Shown here one piece after another: positions 63,684 through 64,000 of a stretch of DNA of 64,000 nt. Made by a program: the position numbers and the translations under genes. The notes beneath the pieces were generated by a model, which searched no databases, was not told the DNA's origin, and worked only from the letters and a program-made list of their open reading frames with translations. Every line of letters starts with the position of its first letter. The stretch's first letter is position 1. Location of the stretch: assembly GCF_964204645.1 (NCBI RefSeq), contig NC_134034.1, positions 13,653,062 through 13,717,061 of the forward strand, in the 5' to 3' direction. Source of the DNA: Tubulanus polymorphus. Lineage: Eukaryota > Animalia > Nemertea.

Positions 63684-63818
63684 TCAAGTTCGATGTAAAA
63701 ACCGATGAGGTTTGCTAAAAGTTATCTTTCTCCCATTTCGCCCGAGATGTGAAGAATGGTACTGTGGCAACCGAGGATTCGCTATGGTATCGCAAAGTTT
63801 GTACGCATCAATTTCTTC
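63684..63818 (-). CDS. probable terminal coding exon of a gene extending beyond the window
   Basis: Acceptor TTCTAG then EEIDAYKLCDTIANPRLPQYHSSHLGRNGRKITFSKPHRFLHRT*. Product not recognised. Confidence 0.35.
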   Translation of the reverse strand, partial: EEIDAYKLCDTIANPRLPQYHSSHLGRNGRKITFSKPHRFLHRT

Positions 63819-64000
63819 CTAGAACCACACAATACGAATTTCCAAATCACAGAGAACAAACATGTCCTTCAGAAACTCAAAATCAAAGATGGATATATCT
63901 GAGTAAATTCAGGGTGGCAACTTACCTGGAAATTGGAGGAATCAGGGAAATATCTTGGGAAATTTCTCTGGGTAAAGTCCAGGGAATTCTTAGCTGGAAA

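Overview
AT-rich, intron-rich genomic DNA from an animal. Gene content suggests a lophotrochozoan-type invertebrate; this is an inference. I assembled the exon chains by hand from splice sites and reading phase. Genes: an intronless MS4A/CD20-like tetraspan gene (+); a 3-exon small EF-hand gene (-); a 10-exon UBL-UBL-vWA gene (+); an intronless class A GPCR (-); a complete 20-exon ADCY3-like adenylate cyclase (-) with one probable GC-AG intron; a 19-exon CFAP221/PCDP1 (-); a 12-exon RETSAT (+); a 2-exon Ptf1a/Fer1 bHLH gene (+); and a probable terminal exon of another gene at the right edge (-). Non-coding DNA is rich in minisatellites, MITEs (one nested) and tRNA-derived elements. The most notable observations are four. 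(1) Seven short insertions carry minimal hammerhead-ribozyme cores, mostly in an inverted-repeat layout and four with target-site duplications (Penelope-like remnants). (2) The UBL-UBL-vWA fusion gene has a CRE/STAT/TATA promoter. (3) A repeated element embeds a tRNA-like core next to TTAGGG repeats. (4) CFAP221, ADCY3-like and the GPCR form a same-strand run with RFX X-box-like sites. No database searches were run.
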